Assembly: GCA_034723415.1 (NCBI GenBank)
Contig: JAYEOX010000055.1
Location: 1-17,484 of the forward strand
Direction: 5' to 3'
DNA from: Fidelibacterota bacterium
GTDB lineage: Bacteria > Fidelibacterota > Fidelibacteria > Fidelibacterales > Fidelibacteraceae
DNA: 17,484 nucleotides
A model generated the notes under the pieces. That model saw nothing but the letters and a program-made list of their open reading frames with translations. It searched no databases and was not told where the DNA came from. Position numbers and translations under genes: made by a program. Below are positions 14,566 to 17,484 of this stretch, one piece after another (position 1 is the stretch's first letter; every line of letters starts with the position of its first letter).

Positions 14566-17277
14566 CTAACTAATCGATGCTTGAGCAGCCGCCAATCTTG
14601 CAATCGGAACTCTAAAAGGTGAACAGGAGACATAATTCATTCCAACTTTATAACAGAATTTTACAGAGTTAGGTTCGCCACCATGTTCTCCGCAAATACC
14701 AACTTTCAGATTTTTCTTGACTGAACGGCCTTTTTTCGTTCCCATTTCTACCAATTGTCCGACACCTGTCTGATCTAATTGTTGAAAAGGATCAACTTCC
14801 AGAATATTTTTATCTAAATAGATCGGCAAGAATTTTCCTGCATCATCTCTTGAATATCCAAAAGTCATCTGAGTAAGATCATTGGTTCCAAATGAGAAAA
14901 ATTCTGCTTTTTCGGCAATTTCATCTGCTGTCAAAGCTGCTCTCGGAATTTCTATCATAGTTCCAACCATATATTCAATTTTATCATTTTTCTCTTTAAA
15001 AACTTCATTAACAGTATTTCGGATAATTTTTTCTTGAAGTTCAAATTCTTTTACAGTACCAATTAATGGAACCATTATTTCCGGTTTTGCCTTTATTCCT
15101 TTTTTCTTACAATTCAATGCTGCTTCAATAATTGCTCTAGTTTGCATCTCAGTAATTTCCGGATATGTATTTCCAAGACGACATCCTCTATGACCAAGCA
15201 TTGGATTAAATTCGGCAAGCGAATCAACTTTTTCTTTTACCTCTTCAACAGAAATTCCCATTTCATCAGCCATTGCTTTTTGATTTTCCGGTTCGTGTGG
15301 AACAAATTCATGTAATGGCGGATCCAATAATCTAACTGTAACAGGAAGGTCATCCATCGCTTCAAAAATTCCTTCAAAATCTTCTCTCTGCATCGGTAAA
15401 ATTTTGTCAAGTGCTTTTCTGCGTCCGGTTTCATTATCAGATAAGATCATTTCTCTTACCGCTTTAATTCTTTCGCCTTCGAAAAACATGTGTTCTGTTC
15501 TTGTCAAACCAATTCCTTGTGCACCGAATTCTCTTGCAACTTTTGAATCGTGTGGAGTATCGGCATTTGTTCTTACGTCCATTTTTGTATATTTATCACA
15601 TAAGTCCATTAATTTCCCAAAATCGCCACTTAATTCCGGATCTTGTGTTTTAACTTTTCCATCATACATTTCGCCGGTAGATCCATTCAATGAAATCCAA
15701 TCGCCTTCTTTATATGTCTTATCGTTTGCAATAATCGTTTTATTTTTGTAATTGATCTTTATTGAAGAGGCACCGGAAACACAACATTTTCCCATTCCGC
15801 GAGCCACAACTGCAGCATGCGAAGTCATTCCACCTCGTGCTGTTAAAATACCTTCGGCAACATTCATTCCAGAAAGATCTTCAGGAGAAGTTTCAATTCT
15901 AACTAATACAACTTTTTCACCTTTTTCTGTCATTGCTTCGGCATCATCGGCAAAAAATACAACTTTACCTGATGCTGCTCCGGGGGAAGCAGGCAAACCT
16001 TTCGCCATAACCTCTGTACTTTCCAAAGCAGTTGTATCAAAAACAGGATGTAACAATTCATCTAGTTTATTTGGTTCTACTCTATTAATCGCTGTCTTTT
16101 CATCTATAATTCCTTGATCCAACATATCTATTGCCATTTTCACCATAGCTCCACCGGTTCGTTTACCGGTTCGTGTTTGCAATAACCAAAGCCGTCCATC
16201 TTGAATAGTGAATTCCATATCCTGCATATCTTTATAATGAGCTTCTAATTTCTCTTCTGTATCGAATAATTCTTTATAAACTTTTGGCATTGTCTCTTCC
16301 AATGATGGAAAATTATTTGCTCTATCTTTTTCTGAAACATCCGCTAATTTTGCCCATTTTTTTGAACCTTTAATAGTGATTTCCTGTGGTGTGCGAGTTC
16401 CGGCTACAACATCTTCGCCTTGAGCATTTATTAAATATTCACCATTAAAAATATCTTCACCTGTTGCCGCATCTCTTGTGAATGCAACTCCTGTAGCAGA
16501 ATTGTCGCCCATATTTCCATAAACCATTGATTGAACATTTACTGCTGTTCCCCAACCATGTGGAATGTTATGTATCTTTCTGTAATAGATCGCTCGTTTG
16601 TTGTCCCAGCTGCCGAATACCGCACCAATTGCTCCCCATAACTGTTTCCAAGGATCAGTAGGAAATTTTTTGTTGGTATAATTTTCTACTGCACTTTTGA
16701 ATTTTTTTACCAGAAGTTTCAAATCATCAACTGTTAATTCAGTATCGTTTTTTATATCTTTTTCTTCTTTGATCTCTTCGATAATCTTTTCAAACGGATC
16801 AATATCATCTTTACCTTCAGGTTTCATTCCCATAACAACATCACCATACATCTGGATAAATCTGCGATACGAATCCCAGGCAAATCTCTCATTTCCTGAT
16901 TTTTCTGCAAGACCTTTCACTGCATCATCATTCAAACCAAGATTTAAAACCGTGTCCATCATTCCGGGCATAGAAACTCTTGCACCGGAACGGACAGAAA
17001 CCAGTAACGGATCATTCCTGTCGCCAAACTTTGCATTCATAATTTTTTCAATATGAGTAATTCCATTCTCGACATCATTTTTCAATATTTCTATTGATTT
17101 TTCAACACCGAGTTCATTCCATTTTAAACAGACATCAGAAGTCAGAGTAAATCCTGCCGGAACAGGAACACCAATTGAACTCATTTCTGCTAAATTTGCA
17201 CCTTTCCCACCAAGCAGATTTTTGTCTTTTTGACCTCCGTCTGCCTTTCCATCTCCGAATAAATATACATTTTTCAT
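14566..17277 (-). CDS. ppdK: Pyruvate, phosphate dikinase
   Basis: LLGGKGANLAEM, LVSVRSGARVSMPGMMDT, NAQGEDVVAG, GGMTSHAAVVARG (phospho-His), RLLDPPLHEF, FSFGTNDLTQ and GICGEHGG; 903 aa. Confidence 0.99.
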   Translation of the reverse strand: MKNVYLFGDGKADGGQKDKNLLGGKGANLAEMSSIGVPVPAGFTLTSDVCLKWNELGVEKSIEILKNDVENGITHIEKIMNAKFGDRNDPLLVSVRSGARVSMPGMMDTVLNLGLNDDAVKGLAEKSGNERFAWDSYRRFIQMYGDVVMGMKPEGKDDIDPFEKIIEEIKEEKDIKNDTELTVDDLKLLVKKFKSAVENYTNKKFPTDPWKQLWGAIGAVFGSWDNKRAIYYRKIHNIPHGWGTAVNVQSMVYGNMGDNSATGVAFTRDAATGEDIFNGEYLINAQGEDVVAGTRTPQEITIKGSKKWAKLADVSEKDRANNFPSLEETMPKVYKELFDTEEKLEAHYKDMQDMEFTIQDGRLWLLQTRTGKRTGGAMVKMAIDMLDQGIIDEKTAINRVEPNKLDELLHPVFDTTALESTEVMAKGLPASPGAASGKVVFFADDAEAMTEKGEKVVLVRIETSPEDLSGMNVAEGILTARGGMTSHAAVVARGMGKCCVSGASSIKINYKNKTIIANDKTYKEGDWISLNGSTGEMYDGKVKTQDPELSGDFGKLMDLCDKYTKMDVRTNADTPHDSKVAREFGAQGIGLTRTEHMFFEGERIKAVREMILSDNETGRRKALDKILPMQREDFEGIFEAMDDLPVTVRLLDPPLHEFVPHEPENQKAMADEMGISVEEVKEKVDSLAEFNPMLGHRGCRLGNTYPEITEMQTRAIIEAALNCKKKGIKAKPEIMVPLIGTVKEFELQEKIIRNTVNEVFKEKNDKIEYMVGTMIEIPRAALTADEIAEKAEFFSFGTNDLTQMTFGYSRDDAGKFLPIYLDKNILEVDPFQQLDQTGVGQLVEMGTKKGRSVKKNLKVGICGEHGGEPNSVKFCYKVGMNYVSCSPFRVPIARLAAAQASIS

Positions 17278-17317
17278 ATTACTTCCTTATTTTATTTCAA
17301 ATTTATTTTAACTTATT

Positions 17318-17347
17318 AATATAAGTATTGAACTTTACAATATCAAG
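17318..17347 (-). promoter_or_regulatory. Candidate sigma70 promoter of ppdK
   Basis: Minus strand TTGATA, 17-nt spacer, TATATT; 41-70 nt upstream of the ATG. AAGGAAG RBS-like site nearer the start. Confidence 0.55.
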
Positions 17348-17421
17348 AATAATTTTTATCCAAGAAATTTATGGAATATATCAACCATTTTGATGTGTGG
17401 AAATATCGTAAAAATTATGGA

Positions 17422-17484
17422 GTTGTTGTTGTCGTTGTTGTTGTTGTTGTTATTATTGTTGTTATTGTTGTTATTGTTGTTATT
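17422..17484. repeat. Imperfect trinucleotide microsatellite (GTT/ATT)n, at least 21 units, running off the right edge
   Basis: (GTT)3 GTC (GTT)6 (ATT)2 (GTTGTTATT)3, read directly from the sequence. Confidence 0.95.

Noticed and set aside
15237..17056. Several ORFs inside ppdK (15237-15434, 15404-15751, 15752-16117, 16697-17056)
   Set aside because: Antisense or alternate-frame shadows of a highly conserved gene, with no RBS or motifs.
17422..17484. DGR template repeat (AAC-rich) or CRISPR array
   Set aside because: Pure simple repeat with no matching variable region, reverse transcriptase, spacers or cas genes in the window.

Overview
AT-rich chromosomal segment from a diderm (Gram-negative) bacterium. 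The DUF2723 protein, Bacteroidota-like PPDK and a predicted outer-membrane beta-barrel suggest FCB-group affinity (inference only). Minus-strand genes, in transcription order: ppdK; an aldehyde dehydrogenase; an adenosine deaminase-family gene; an Fe-ADH-lgt-asnA cluster; and a recG-DUF2723/TMEM260-like GT-C-GT2-rfbD(rmlD) cluster running off the left edge. Plus-strand genes: a stand-alone 61-aa gene (9629-9814) and a signal-peptide beta-barrel gene split by a probable 1-nt frameshift (13492-14438). The standout is the 61-aa gene. It encodes a bacterial histone-fold protein resembling Bdellovibrio Bd0055/HBb, with its own RBS, candidate promoter and terminator. Also notable: a candidate protein O-glycosylation cluster, two copies of a small palindromic element with a variable inner hairpin, a 14-bp motif shared upstream of add and ppdK, and a GTT/ATT microsatellite at the right edge. 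I found no rRNA, tRNA, CRISPR array or transposase.
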